Assembly (NCBI GenBank): GCA_964106645.2
Contig: OZ067040.1
DNA length: 64,000 bases
Source: Podarcis pityusensis
Lineage: Eukaryota
Strand: one strand, 5' to 3'
Shown here: piece after piece, positions 11,807 through 25,202 of the stretch
Layout of the letters: every line of letters begins with the position of its first letter
How positions within the stretch are numbered: the first letter of the stretch is position 1
The notes under the pieces: model-generated
Told to the model about the DNA's origin: nothing
Database searches by the model: none
The model's input: only the letters and a program-made list of their open reading frames with translations
Program-made: the position numbers and the translations under genes

Positions 11807-14433
11807 ATTTCACAAAAAAGTTTTCACATTTTTACACCTATCCAATATTGGTCTCTTGTTTGCTTTGATCACTGCAATAGTTATCTATATTTATCACAGA
11901 AAGAGCCAAAGGCTATTGTTTTTGGCTATGAATGTAGCACAATGTTGACACTTACTGTTGGCCTCCTGGTGTGATGATATATACACAATGTACTAAGTGC
12001 TATATTAAAAGCAAGCCAGTTGTCTAAGACTGGAATCCTGACCCTACTACTGGGAGTAAGGCCCAATGAATTCTCTAGGACTTTTGAGTAAAAATGGCTA
12101 GGATTGTGCTCTTTGTTAAGTGTGGGGGATATGTTGGAATATTTTTCTTGTGGGCCAAACTGAGGGATCCATTAGCAAAATATTATTTTGTTAAAGCAGT
12201 TTCAAGATATCTAAACTGAAAAGCACTTTTAAAAGAAAAAGAGACAGGTTCCTATTTATTATTTTAATTATTGATAGGGTTATCTCCCAGTCTCCCAAAT
12301 GCATTTCTTCAGGATTTGCCTCATCTCCTTCACCTTCCGAGTAATAATCAGAGCTCTTAGGTGAACCTGAGATGTGCACAATAGGCAAACCTTGGGATGT
12401 AGCTTTAGTCACAGGAAGTTAGTTTGATCCTGCTAGTGATGAATCCCACTGGTAACTGAAGTGATGTATATATTTATTGAGGAGAATACCTGAAGGGTTG
12501 TGTGCCATATAGGCTTGCCACATCATCAGTTTGATGCTTTTTGCCACTAATGTGGGAAGTATGAGGAGGTGGGTATATAAACACACTGTTTTACAGTGTT
12601 TTATGTAACATTGATATTGGTGGACACAATTGCCTGTGCCGATTCTATATTTAGCAGGTTTATCAATCCCCATATTTTTTGAAGAGTTACTATACATGGT
12701 GAGCCCTGTGTGTCTTATTCTTAAAGGTAGGATCACAGTACTCAACTATTTCAACAAATGGGAGATTTGCCAAATGTGCTATACTCTAACAAGTATTTGT
12801 TGCCAGAACACAACGCAAAAGGGAGAGCTTCTTCGCAGAGCATCCAATAGTACTCTCAGAGTTACTGCTTTGTTTTTGGAGCTCGAAGAGCAGCATAGTC
12901 ATGAAACAGCTGAAACAAATGAACAATAAAGTCATTTATTTATTTATTGCATAGAATAGATTCATTCTTCGTTCTGATAGCAGGATTCTAATCTTGGAGC
13001 CTGAGTACTTCTTAGCATTGTAGTTTATTTTAAAAGAAATACAGAAAGCAGAATATGGAATACTATAAATCTTTAAGTCTATGGTTGTTCACTATTGTGG
13101 AATGCTAATAAAAGTATTTTACACTGCCAATTTGAACTAGCACATAACAATAAAAGGTACTTTGTTTTAAGAACTGGAAGACAAAGAGACAAAAGTGAGG
13201 GAGGGGATTCACTTGGGAGTCATGAATGCTAAAAGGGTGTTTTCATTCTCACCTTGAATGTGTCTACATGGAAATAAATCCCACTGAGATTAATGGAACA
13301 TAGTTTATAGCAAGCAGGCTTTGCACTGCAGGCTTTATAGAGAGATGGTAATCAAATATTACTTATTCAGAATTTGTCATCTTGGAGAAAAAGTATGGCA
13401 ACATATTTAATTGCACATAGGATCTTTTATAACAATCCTAACATGAGCATGATCACCTTTAGTTCATGTATCAGCCTCCCATATAGCCTTGGGCAGAAAT
13501 ATAAATTTGGAAGTGTTTTTTAGTATTAATTATTAAGTTGGCTTTTAATTAATGCTTGCCTTTTCTTTAACATTCATGGTCATTCAGTTTGTGGAGGGTA
13601 TATAATTCTTATCATATGACAGGGCTATATTCCTGATTAGATACATCTGTAGAGTGACCCTGTTCCTTGTTAAACCCTGCTGTTGACAATAAATGAGAGG
13701 CTCTTCTAAATTGGATTTGGACATGCACATTCAAGCACAAAGTGTTTCAGGGAGAATTTTGCCACTCTGAAATATTTTATGCTTCTCTTAGGCTAAAATC
13801 CTAAACACATTTACACAGGGAGTAAACCGCATTGAAAAGAGTAGCACTTACTTCCAAGTAAGCATGCATCACATTTGGTCCTAATTGCCATTATCTATAT
13901 CACCATCATTGGTAATAATCCTGAATAATAGCTGGAATAAAAGGAATAAGGAAAGAAAAGTAGTAGTATGAAAAGGATTAGGTAGGCTGACAAAAAACAA
14001 TCCCAACAATGGTAAATATAGAGCTAGAATGAGCAAAAATGTCTACATTGCTAGCTGTTTAGAGAATCAGCAGGACATGGGGGAGGGGGAGAGATCATTG
14101 CCAGGAAGCCAGTTAATCATAGGAAGTCCTGCCATTCTCACCATCTGCATTTGTTTGTTTGTTTGTAAGCAAGTGGTATTGAAAATGACACTTAAGATTG
14201 CCCTGGGAGGGGAAGGGGGGATGAAGAAAAGGCCAGAGGCTTCGCTGCTGCTGGGAGGCCCTGCCTTCCTTTGAAGTGAGATCCAGCGAGGCCAGAAAGG
14301 CCTTAACTCTCCCTGGAATTGTATGAAGTGTCTGAACAGCATTTCTCTCACTTTGCGTGTATTGATTTATTTTCCCCTGATCGGGACCATGTATGTGGGT
14401 TCCACGGATGACATTTATCCTTAATGTGGAGTT

Positions 14434-14570
14434 TATAAAATAAAGTGCCAGTTGTATTGAGGATGGTCGTTTCTAGCTGATGGGCAAATACGTTGTGAAG
14501 TACAGAATAGTGTCTGAAAGGCCGCCTTTTGAAGAGAGAGCTGTTTTCGTATTGGCACGCCATGGTAAGT
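14434..14570 (+). promoter_or_regulatory. Candidate TATA promoter and alternative first exon of SASH1 ending in ATG
   Basis: TATAAAA at 14434-14440. CACGCC-ATG (14562-14564) is immediately followed by consensus donor GTAAGT. Phase 0 matches SASH1 exon 2. Local CpG retention. Confidence 0.4.
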
Positions 14571-15206
14571 AATGATGGCTTTTAGATCATTTTGGGTTTG
14601 GGATATTTTGAACCTTCATGTAACGCTGATCTCCTTGCACAGATGTGTTTTCATTTATGTACCCAAAGTCAATTGCAGCCACATTTTATACTGATTATGT
14701 ATTTGGGATATGCAACTTCTTGATTTTTTAATCTGATCTTTCATGCAAAATTTAGAAAGAAAACCTATACTTAGTTTACTGCTCAGCAACTCCAATTGCA
14801 CTTCAGTAAATTTTAAATTGTTAGTTACATTCACTAAATGATTCACTTAGTGAACTAGGTTCTCAAGCAAATGTGTTTAGGTTCAGGGTGTAAAATATCT
14901 ATAATCATGGCATAGCTCTCATATAGTTACTGCAAAAAAAACCAAATAAGTTTCAGTTAATGGTACCTAAATAGTATTGAAAGAAACAAAAGTAAAGTGT
15001 TGAGAGAGAGAGAGAGTGTGCCAGTTTTTAACTTTGCATTAAACACTTCTCAATTAACAGGGTTGCATTATTAGGTCTTTAATACTTTTAGGTTGACATT
15101 AGTTGGACATAAGCTCTTTCTGAAATCAATTTTCTTCAAAGTAAATGTAATTAGGGTTCAGGTCCCAACCAACAAATGCTATTTAAACACTTTAACTACT
15201 GTAATA

Positions 15207-15209
<3 letters not shown>

Positions 15210-15246
<37 letters not shown>
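15210..15246. repeat. (CA)n microsatellite
   Basis: Direct tandem repeat. Confidence 0.95.
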
Positions 15247-15249
<3 letters not shown>

Positions 15250-15634
15250 TTTGTGTACAAACATACACACCAATATGGATGCATTACATAAATACCAATA
15301 TACATTATGGTGGGGTGGGGGAATATTTAATTCAAAAGTTGTTTGTTTAAAACATGGCCAAAGGAGGAAACTACCCGTATTTAGCTTGTATTCCAAATTA
15401 AATGATGCAGCCAAACATTTGTTTGGCAGGCTTTGATGCTACATTTTCCTAATTTGGTCTGAAAGAACTGCAGACTGTATTAAACACAATTCCCTCCCCC
15501 GGAAACTATTTCCCCATTAATTTATTTACCTAGTTGCATAGATTGACCCTGATGCAAAAGCATATGTGACTCAAAATTTAAAATACCAAATTGTTACATT
15601 GATCCTAATAAAGATGTTTATTATACCTGTACTA

Positions 15635-15818
15635 CAGGCGACCTCCCCATTTACGCAGGTTCCAGATGTGCACCACTGTGCATTGATCCGAACCCAGAAG
15701 TGACCCAAAAACGTCACTAAAAGGGGTGGGATGGGGCAGGGGCGGAACAGGATGTTTGCAGGCATTTTCAATGGTGTTTCAAATTTACACAGCGTAAATT
15801 GGGGGGGGGGGTTCGCTA
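15635..15818. mobile_element. Tigger-like MITE (second family), degraded
   Basis: TA-CAGGCGACCTCCCCATTTACGC ... GCGTAAATTG(n)TTCGCTA-TA inverted termini. Confidence 0.65.
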
Positions 15819-15820
15819 TA

Positions 15821-16036
15821 CAGTGGTACCTCAGGTTACATACGCTTCAGGTTACAGACTCCGCTAACCCAAAAATAGTACCTCAGGTTAAGAACTTTGC
15901 TTCAGGATGAGAACAGAAATCGTGCTCCGGCGGTGCGGCGGCCCCATTAGCTAAAGTGCTGCTTCAGGTTAAGAACAGTTTCAGGTTAAGAACGGATCTT
16001 CGGAAAGAATTAAGTACTTAACCTGAGGTACCACTG
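15821..16036. mobile_element. Tigger-like MITE, family T1 (opposite orientation to 4907)
   Basis: TA-CAGTGGTACCTCAGGTTA ... TAACCTGAGGTACCACTG-TA. Confidence 0.92.
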
Positions 16037-17856
16037 TACTTCCGTTTGGTGTGTGTTGTGTTACTTCTGGGTACTAAACAGTGTTGGTTCTAGGTTACTA
16101 TTGCTATGTAAAATATTACATAAATCTATGTTAGACAGATAAAATCATAAGGCTATAGGGCAGTCACATCTTTAAGAGAACCAACCACAACATCACAAAG
16201 TTATGAATAATTTAACAGCTTGCTCATAACTCTTTCTCATACTGGATGCCACAATAGCACTGTGTGTTTTCTCCTTTTAATCCTGGGGACAGAACTGGAA
16301 ATAACTGTTTCACTTTTTAAAGAAAAATGTGGAGAGAACAGCTATTGCTTCTTTGACTCTGTAGTCCTTGACGCAACCTGTAATCTGTTCATCACTCAAG
16401 AGACTAATATAATTGTCCACAGAATTCTTCCTGCACTCCATCTTAAGACTGTAACTTTTAAACTGCAGACATTAGAACGTTAACAACATGCCCTATTTCT
16501 TCTCCTCCTCCCTCTTGTTATGTTTAACTTCCAACCTGAAGCATACTCACAACCCTGGGACCTTTCTAAAGTTGTTTTTAATAAAGGTATTATTAGCATA
16601 AAGCAGCAGTGGGGAACCCTCCTGTTCACGGGCCTATTTATTTAGACCCATGAGACTGCTTTCAATGAGCCACACCCGCCCACCCAATATGTGACATCAG
16701 ATTGACATGCCCTTCAACTAGCCCTGCGCCCTCATGTCTCCACATACAGCATTAATCTTTGGTAGAAAGGAACCGTGATGGAACATGGGGGCAGCTCACT
16801 TGAATAGGGCATAAGCGTTCTCTCACATCTAATCTGAGGGATATGCCTTAGCTGTGGCGCAGGCAACACAAGTCATTGCTTGCACTGTGCTGTAGCTAAA
16901 CCCCATCCAGAGGCGTGGATCATTTGACACATTTCCATGTGTTCACACTTGGGAATTTCCTTGACAATTTATACACTTTCTTCTTGTATTTGTTTGTATA
17001 GTGAAGGCCAAAAGCCCGAATACGATTTTGCCAGGTGGGGAAAGAGTGCAGCGGATATGGAATAGAGTGCTTATTTTTGTGACATTTTCCCCTTAACAGG
17101 CCTTTAAAAAAGCACCTGGGAGCCAGCCAGCCTAAACGGTTGGCAGTGTTAGAATGTCTTTCATAGCCAGCTATGGAGTGACTTCGGGGGCAAAAATAAA
17201 GTTTATAAGCCATTATAAAAGATCCACTGTCCCCAGTTTATTCAGAGGAAATCTTTAAGCTCTGCAATTTTAAAATAAAGACCTGCCTAAAATTGAACTT
17301 GAATAACAGTGAGTCTCGAGATGAATCAAATGCAGCAAGATTTGTTCTACATAAGTTCATAAGTTCACTCTAACAGGCTGGAAAAGCCAACCGTGCTGAT
17401 CAAACATGACTAATAATCACACAAGAGATTGATGGGCTTGTTTTTCTTATGGAGCATGTGAGGTAATTCCCTGACAATTAAGTTTCCATTGTACTGCCAA
17501 ATAATACTAAAAGCTTTTTGCATCGTTGGCTTTCATGTAAAACTTCACAGCAAAGCAGCCAGCACTGATTCTGCAGTCTAATACTTTCTTAACTTACCTG
17601 TAGTTGCTGTCACAACCTCATTCCAAGAGGGGCATGGATATCTCAGATGGTTGTAGGGTAGGCATTTTCTCTAGAGGTCAATCCAGGACATTGCTGCTGC
17701 CACAGGAACCATTCTTTAAAATCAATAATTCTGAAAACAACAATTTGTTAACTTTGTGAAAATCCTGTTTCCATCAGGGACTTTCTTCAAACAGCTAGTC
17801 TTTATACAACAGCCTTTATAATACACATGAATTCACATGTTCCCTGACTGTAAAAC

Positions 17857-17902
17857 CTCTCTCTCTCTCTCTCTCTCTCTTTCACACACACACACACACA
17901 CA
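17857..17902. repeat. Compound (CT)n(CA)n microsatellite
   Basis: Direct tandem repeat. Confidence 0.9.
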
Positions 17903-18419
17903 AAACATGTGTACATGCACAAATGAGAAACATTGTTAAAATGAAAGCATTTAAAATTAAAACATTGCCCTATCATGTAGTTTCTATGAGACAATAGAAA
18001 GGCCTGGATATTTACTCCATTTGACTTTCTGCTACATCTGTCTGCTCTTCCAGATCTACAGCAATCAACATGTGTGTTGCCCAAAGCCAAAGTATGTCCC
18101 TGTGTTCATGGACTTGATCCAAAAATATCAGTTGCTCACTTTGATCTGCAAAGATCTTGTTTTCTTTTATAATGAAAATTTCAACAAAAACAAGGCATAG
18201 TTTTCATGGAGACTGGAGAGTATACTCTGAGGAAATCCGACATAAATGGCCACACGTATTTTAATTAGTCATCAAAATTATATTTGCATATACACAGAGA
18301 GATCTGCATATACTCGAATCCTACATAACAACCTTGATTAATGTGTACATTTTACTCATCCAGATACACAGGGTAACTCCCCCCCCCCCTGAATCCAGGG
18401 CACAGCCCATGATCCACTC

Positions 18420-18566
18420 TTTATTGTTCTAACAAGGTTAAATAGGTTAGTCTCTGTGATAGTAGCCGGTCCATGTCACCTAGGGAGTTGTATGGGTGAG
18501 TGAGGATTTGAACCCGGGTCTCCCTAGTTCTCCTCAAACACTAGAATTACTACTTCACACTGGCTC
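18420..18566 (-). mobile_element. Old MIR/Ther1-related SINE (Squam3-like) fragment
   Basis: Reverse complement begins GAGCCAGTGTGAAGTAGTA... with B-box GGGTTCAAATCC, like the head of the SINE at 46596. Confidence 0.6.
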
Positions 18567-18789
18567 ATGCCCTATAATTTGCAATATTCATAAATCCTAT
18601 TCAATGTTTGTGGTGTAGTAAAGTAGCAAATGTTATTCTATGCAAGTATAAAGAGCTACTATACATTGGGGCAAAAAAATTCTAACTTCCTGTATTCTGA
18701 ATGGGGCTGAGTTTGAGCAACATATCACTATTTTTTATTATTATTCTGTTATGAAGAGCAGCATATAAGTGAAATAAATAGATCACAAA

Positions 18790-19470
18790 AAACATTATGA
18801 CCAAGAATAGAAAAATATTTAAATACCGGTACATTAGAAATAGGAAACCGCAGTTGGGCCTTTAAGAAAACAAGGAAGTCAAAGGTGTGCTAAAGGAGTA
18901 GGAGGAGATTACAGAAAAGCTGGATGAGTTCTTTGTATCTTCGCTCTGGAAGATGTAGAACAGATCCTTGTGGCTAAATTTACTTTCTCAGGAAGGGAGT
19001 CTAAGGAAATGTGGGACATAGCAGTGAAAAGAGATGGAGTTCTAAGCCTAATTAATGCACAACTTGAGAAAAGAGACAATGCATGTATTTTTGTAAACTA
19101 AGAAATATTTAGTAAATATTTTTTTAAATTAATTAATTTAAAACTAACAAATTACTAGGTCCAGCTGGCATCTGCTCAAGAGTTCTTAAAGAACACAAAT
19201 GTAAAGTTGCTGATCTTCAAACAAAAATATGTAATTTGTCCTTATGATCAATCATCATACTTGGAAAGTATGATCAATGTAACACCAGTTTTAAAAATAG
19301 GATCCAGGAGATTTCTGTGGAATTACTGGCTGATGCTTACTATGTGTTCCAGGAAAACTGGGGGAAAGCATAATTAAAGATAGAATTACCAAACATATAA
19401 AATAACAATCATGCTGATTTATTTGAGAGTGTCAGTAAATATAAGAAAAAGAGATTATCCATTAGACATA
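18790..19470 (+). mobile_element. Degraded CR1 LINE ORF2 fragment (region upstream of and into RT)
   Basis: Frameshifted remnants of CR1 motifs GPxGIxxRVLKE, NVTPVLK, PGKLGESIIKDRI. Confidence 0.7.
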
Positions 19471-20243
19471 TTCATTAGTAATAATAATTAGTAACTGTGC
19501 TTTTTTCGGGGGGGGGAAGGTTGGGGAACGCATCACAAATTTTGTTTATTTATTTAGTTGTAAGTTTTGTGGCAACATGCCATATTTTATTAAACAATTC
19601 TTGTACAGTTGGAATAATATGTAAATGCACTTTAGCTGCTCTTTTGGCTGCAGTTAGTAAGACAAAATTATAGTCTTCTGGTCACACCATATTTTTAAAG
19701 ATAATGCAGAAGAATTTGTCAATGACCTTGTTATGTGATAACCACTCATTTCTGTATATATGATTTTTAGAAACTTCCATCATATATGTATATAGTCTGG
19801 TGCATTCCCTCCTGATTTCCAGCATATATCACTATCACTTGGGTATATCTCTGCCAAATGATGCAGGGTCAATTACCAACCATATAACATTGTATAAAGA
19901 AAAATTATGTTCATGCAGGGCAATTAAACTTTATTAGTGATAAATATTTATTTCCAACTAATATTCAGAGTACCTCTGCTTCCAACAGCAGAAGTAGAAT
20001 ATATCGATGGTACATATTCACAATGGCTATATGTTAGCTCCTGGATCAGAGGTAACACGCTTTTGAATACCAATGAATTGTGGACAAACTGCTGAAAGAA
20101 AGCCCATTACGGCTTCTGACTCTATGCAGTGTGCAACCACTGCCTTCTGGTGTCCTCTGAGAGTTTCTCCAGCCTGACTAACCCTGAGAGGAAGGCTAAT
20201 AAGTACTCCATCAGTAAGGAGCTTTGTGATCAGACAAATGGTA

Positions 20244-20587
20244 AAGGTAAAGGTAAAGGGACCCCTGACCATTAGGTCCAGTCGCTGATGACTCTGGGGT
20301 TGCGGTGCTCATCTCGCTTTACTGGCTGAGGGAGCTGGCGTACAGCTTCCAGGTCATGTAGCCAGCGTGACTAAGCCGCTTCTGGCGAACCAGAGCAGCG
20401 CACGGAAACACCATTTACCCTCCCGCCGGAGCGGTACCTATTTATCTACTTGCACTTTGACGTGCTTTTGAACTGCTAGGTGGGCAGGAGCTGGGACCAA
20501 GCAACGGGAGCTCACCCCATCATGGGGATTCAAACCGCCAACTGATCGGCAAGCCCCAGGCTCTGTGGTTTAGACCACAGTTCCACC
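20244..20587 (-). mobile_element. Sauria SINE (Squam1)
   Basis: (AAAGGT)n tail at left and reverse-complement core. Flanked by a ~91-bp direct duplication (20153-20243 / 20588-20679). Confidence 0.93.
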
Positions 20588-23574
20588 TCCTTTGAGAGTT
20601 TCTCCAGCCTGACTAACCCTGAGAGGAAGGCTAATAAGTACTCCATCAGTAAGGAACTTTGTGACCTGAAAAAATGGTACACCTGTTTAAATTGTTCCAC
20701 TTACCATAGCAGAATGACCAAATCAGACATTCAAGCTACAAAGCCATTGATCTCCATTCTGCTTATAGACAGGATCTTAATTACTGTACTGCTTTTTGCT
20801 TTTTGCTTTTTAGTGGTTAACATTTTCAGATGAAGCTATTTTGCATCTATACATCTCAGAGACAACAGTAGCATTTGGAAAAGGGAAAATTGAATAAGCT
20901 TTAATATAATCAGGGACTTTACTGAGGTTTGTGTGGTCTGCCACAAGTCACTGGTTCTCAGGCAGCTCTGCATGAGCTGCATAATTTTTCCCTTCAAGGC
21001 ACATCTTTTGAATCCCAAACCATTTGCCGAGAAGACAAATCTTTCAGCCTATATGCACTTCAACAGATAAAGAGTAACCAAACGTTCACCAGGTAAATTG
21101 AAATAGAGAGAGGAGCTCATTTGACATGACCCATGTCCCCCGAGAAAACCAACCAAAAATGTGGATGAATTAAGCTTTTTCTTTCAAAATCAGTTAAAGT
21201 TCATTATTTTTTAAAAACCCTCAGGGCCATATTGCAGTAGTGCAACATTAGTAATCACAGGGTGCTATTTAAAGTCTGTTTCACTCACAGGATTAAACTG
21301 TATGGTAGAAATATTCCAAAACTTTCCCAGGACGACTGCTGTGGTAAAAGCTAGCACAAGAGTTGCATTGTATTATAGAAATACCAAGACCTGTAGCAGA
21401 GTATTTGCTCTTTCTCCACCCTAAGCAGGTGCTTTGCGGATTTGGACATTTGTTGAGCAGATGGGGTGTCATCTTAATGGTGCATCCATTTGATGGGGTC
21501 TTAACATGAGATTCTCAGTGTCTGAAATTATATGGGCATTGGACTTAAAGTGACTCCTTTTTCCTTGAGATAAATATCCTGTTAACTAGCTTGCCAGAGA
21601 CAGAGAACTTCTATAATAAGAACATACTTTGTTTTCATGGGTTTTTTATTATTATTCTAGACATCACACATAAAACATCTTTCACTTAAATATATTTGTT
21701 TCTACAAGGAAGTTTTGTTTTATTTTTTAAAAAAGCATAATGATTCTAGGAACTTCTTAAACCTTAAATTGGTAAGGCCCCGCAGCCTGGCAGGAGGTAA
21801 TCTAAATACACACATGAGTACTGGTAACTTGCAAAATAATGTTCTTTATGATGTAAAACTCTTATTCTGGATTTGAATCCAGGTCAAAGATGAAGACTCC
21901 AAGCTGCATGTTCACATCTGTAGTTTCTTGACCACATATAAATTATGTGTAGAAACAGTTGTGTAGGTTACAAAAAATGTTTGTAAATTTAAGTACTCAT
22001 TACATGCAGAGTTACATAACTTTCTATATTTCCCACTCTGTGCTCCAGATCTCAGCATTGGGTCACATGACATGTTTATGATTTGGGGTTGAATGTCCAA
22101 GCCATGTGCTGGCGTGCTGGGTCATGAACATGTGGATGTTGTATATGTTGTGCATGACAAAGGTGGAAGAAGGTAGGGTTGCCATACTTATATAAGCACC
22201 CACTGTCCACCCATCCTCCTTTGATCATTGGCACCCATGTACCCACCCCTTGGGACCAAGCAGGAATCTGTGTGTGGGGTTTTTAGCCATTCCACAGTGT
22301 GTCTTGCTGGACTGGTTACAGTGTGAATACTGTGTTTAAACAGGTTAATTTGCCAGGAAAATTCAGGAAAGAAAGAAAGCCTGGTAAGGTCAACTAGGTG
22401 AACCCCTTAGGCACCTTTGAGAGTGATAGGAAGCTCCCAAGTCCTGCAGCTCAGAGCTAGGGGACCCAGGACAGGATATGAACTGCATTTGGAACCATCT
22501 TCTCTCATCTGCCTGGAGCTATGGGCCCCCAGGGTGATTATGAAAGTAGGTCTCCCTATTCACCTTAACGGTGCAGTTTGGGGAAGGGCACAGGCTGAAT
22601 TACATGATCACAGTGGGACATAGTCATATAGCATGTGATCATGATTTTTAACGCCTTTGTTTTTTACTTTGTGGCTTGATATTCCTTTTACGGATGCAGA
22701 GCTTATGCATCTACACTTTTTGAAAATAAGTATTCACAGCTGGTTGCACAGAACTGAATGTCCTCCATTAGTGAGGCACTTGTAGAAACATCTTGCAAAT
22801 ACCGGTACATGTAAGTACTGTATATACACAATACAAAAGTGGGGAAAGTCAGCATACTTGGTAGTGAGTTCTTTGCCATGTCTTTCAAAGCATGACTTCT
22901 GCATGACTCAAAAGCACATGAAAGCTACCTAAACAACTGAAATCACACAATCAGCAGACGTGTTAGAGCCTTGTAACCCTGAGAGATTTTAATTCAAAAC
23001 TAGCAAAGCTGGGATCAAGTCAAGACACACAAAGGAATGGCAATATCCCAAGCATGAATACATTTTAATTGCAGAGTATATGTGAGCTAGTAACAAATCC
23101 TTGCCCCCTGGCAGCTGTAACTGAATGGATCCTGCCCTGCTGAAACATACTGTGTATGAGAATTTGTCTTCCTTTAGCTTCAGGCTGCCCCTCTGGCAAC
23201 TGTCATCCACAATCATATCAATTACATAAAACTAGATTTGTCCAACCATCTTGTCTATACACTGACAGTCTAATAATGTGACCTGCTGTATTTCTCTAGC
23301 TCTATTTCTAAGGGAGCTTGAATCATCACAGCTTTGCACATACATTCATGTACACCCACAGACTTCTTCCGTGATGTCATGCTCTACTGAAAAATGCAGT
23401 CAAAACTCGCTTCATGGCTTGCCATGTTCTGCAGTATTCATTACAGACACATTATAATGTGTAATGACTTGCACAGGTACAGCCTAAGGGAAAAACTAGT
23501 TAACTCAAATAGTGGAATACTAGCACACAACACAAGATGCTGTATTGCTGAGTTTAATTAGTATATGTAAAATT

Positions 23575-24405
23575 AATAGAATTGTAGTTTGAAGGGATCC
23601 TGAGGGTCATCTAATCCAACCTCCTGCAATGTGGGGGTCTCAACTACATCATACATGACAGGTGGTCATCCAATCCCTGCTTTAAACCTCAAAGGTAGGA
23701 GAGTCTACCACCTCCTGATGGAGCCCATTCCACTGTTGAACACCTCTTCCTGATATTTAGTTGGAATCTCCTTTCTTGTAACTTGAATCCATTGGTTCGG
23801 GTCTTAGCTTCCGGAGCAGGAGACAGCAAGCTTGCTCCATCTTCCATGTGACAGCCCTTTAGATAGTGGAAGATGGCTATCATATGTCCTCTCAGTCTCC
23901 TCTTTTCCAGGCTAAACATATCCAACTCCCTCAAACATTCACCCTCTTCTGCACGTGTTCCAACTTGTCAATATCCTTCTTAAATTGAGGTACCCAGAAC
24001 TGGTTACAGTACTCCAGATGTGGTCTGACAAAGACAGAGTAGAGTGGTACCATTACTTCCCTTGACCAGGACACTATACTTCTGTTGATGCAGCCTAGAA
24101 TAGCATTCACTTTGTTTTGCTGCTGCATCACATTTTTTACTCATGTTAAGCTTGTGGTCTACTAAGACCCCTATATCCTTTTCACATGTACTATTGGCAA
24201 GCCAGGTGTCCTCCACCTTATATTTGTGCAGGTGGCTTTTCCTGCTTAAGTGTAGAACCTTACACTTGTCCCTGTTGAAATTCATTTTGTTAGTTTTGGC
24301 CCAGTTCTCCAATCTGTTAAGGTCATCTTGAATCATGATTCTGTCTTCTGCAGCACTGGCTACCCCCTCTCACTTTGGTGTCATCTGCAAATTTGATGAG
24401 TAATT
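23575..24405 (-). mobile_element. CR1 LINE 3' fragment (RT C-terminus and 3'UTR)
   Basis: Minus-strand ORFs give [37 protein letters not shown] and FSLEKRRLRG. KFADD-coding sequence at ~24380. ATTCT-type tail. Confidence 0.93.
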
Positions 24406-24414
24406 CCAGTTACT

Positions 24415-24640
24415 TAGAGCCCTTTTGGATAAGACCAAAGGTCTATATAACACAGTATTCTCACTGTGGCCAAGTAGATACCTTTGGGAAGCCCCAGGAT
24501 GTGAGTACAATAGCTCTGTCCTGTTTATGCTCCTCCAGCAACTGATATTCAGAGAGGTATACTTCCTCTGATACTGGACATAGTTCATAGCCCTCATGAC
24601 TAGTAGTCATTTATAGCCTTCTGTGAATTTGAGTAATTTG
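24415..24640 (-). mobile_element. Second, older CR1 3'UTR fragment
   Basis: Resembles squamate CR1 3' ends (GGATAAGACCAAAGGTCTAT...CACTGTGGCCAA...TAGTAGTCATT). From recall only. Confidence 0.55.
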
Positions 24641-24992
24641 GTGGTGGAGCAGTAAATTCAGAGGTGCAGGCACTCTTCCTTCAATATCAGTCTTATAGTT
24701 GAGTGTTGACAGGATTGTAGCCAAAGCAGGATCGCTGAGAAACAAGGGAAAACCCAGGGTTCCAGAAAAAAAACCTAAACCTTTAGGGAGAAGAAACCCA
24801 AGCAGCAAAATAAACAAAACTTTAACCCAAACAACCTAGGGAGAAATGACCTTGCTCAGCGGCCACAGAATGCTGAGTATCTGTTGGGATAGGAAAAATG
24901 GGAAGAGTGGAAATGACTATCTTAGAGAAGGGGATAGCCTTGAACCCTGAAGAGGAGCACATCTCAGTGCCATACTTATTAATCATCATTTA

Positions 24993-25202
24993 CAGTCATA
25001 CCTTGGGATAAATACGCTTCAGGATAAGTATTTTCGGGTTGCGCTCCGTGGCGACCCAGAAGTATCGTCGCATGCGCAGACGGTCAAAATGACGTCACAC
25101 GTATGCACGGAAGCGGCCAGATGGGCTGACGCGTCTTACGTTCTGTTCAGGATGCAAATGGGGCTCCGGAACGGATCCTGTTCACATCCTGAGGTACCAC
25201 TG
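24993..25202. mobile_element. Tigger-like MITE, T1-related subfamily with different interior
   Basis: TA-CAGTCATACCTTGGGAT ... ATCCTGAGGTACCACTG-TA. CpG-rich interior. Confidence 0.8.
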
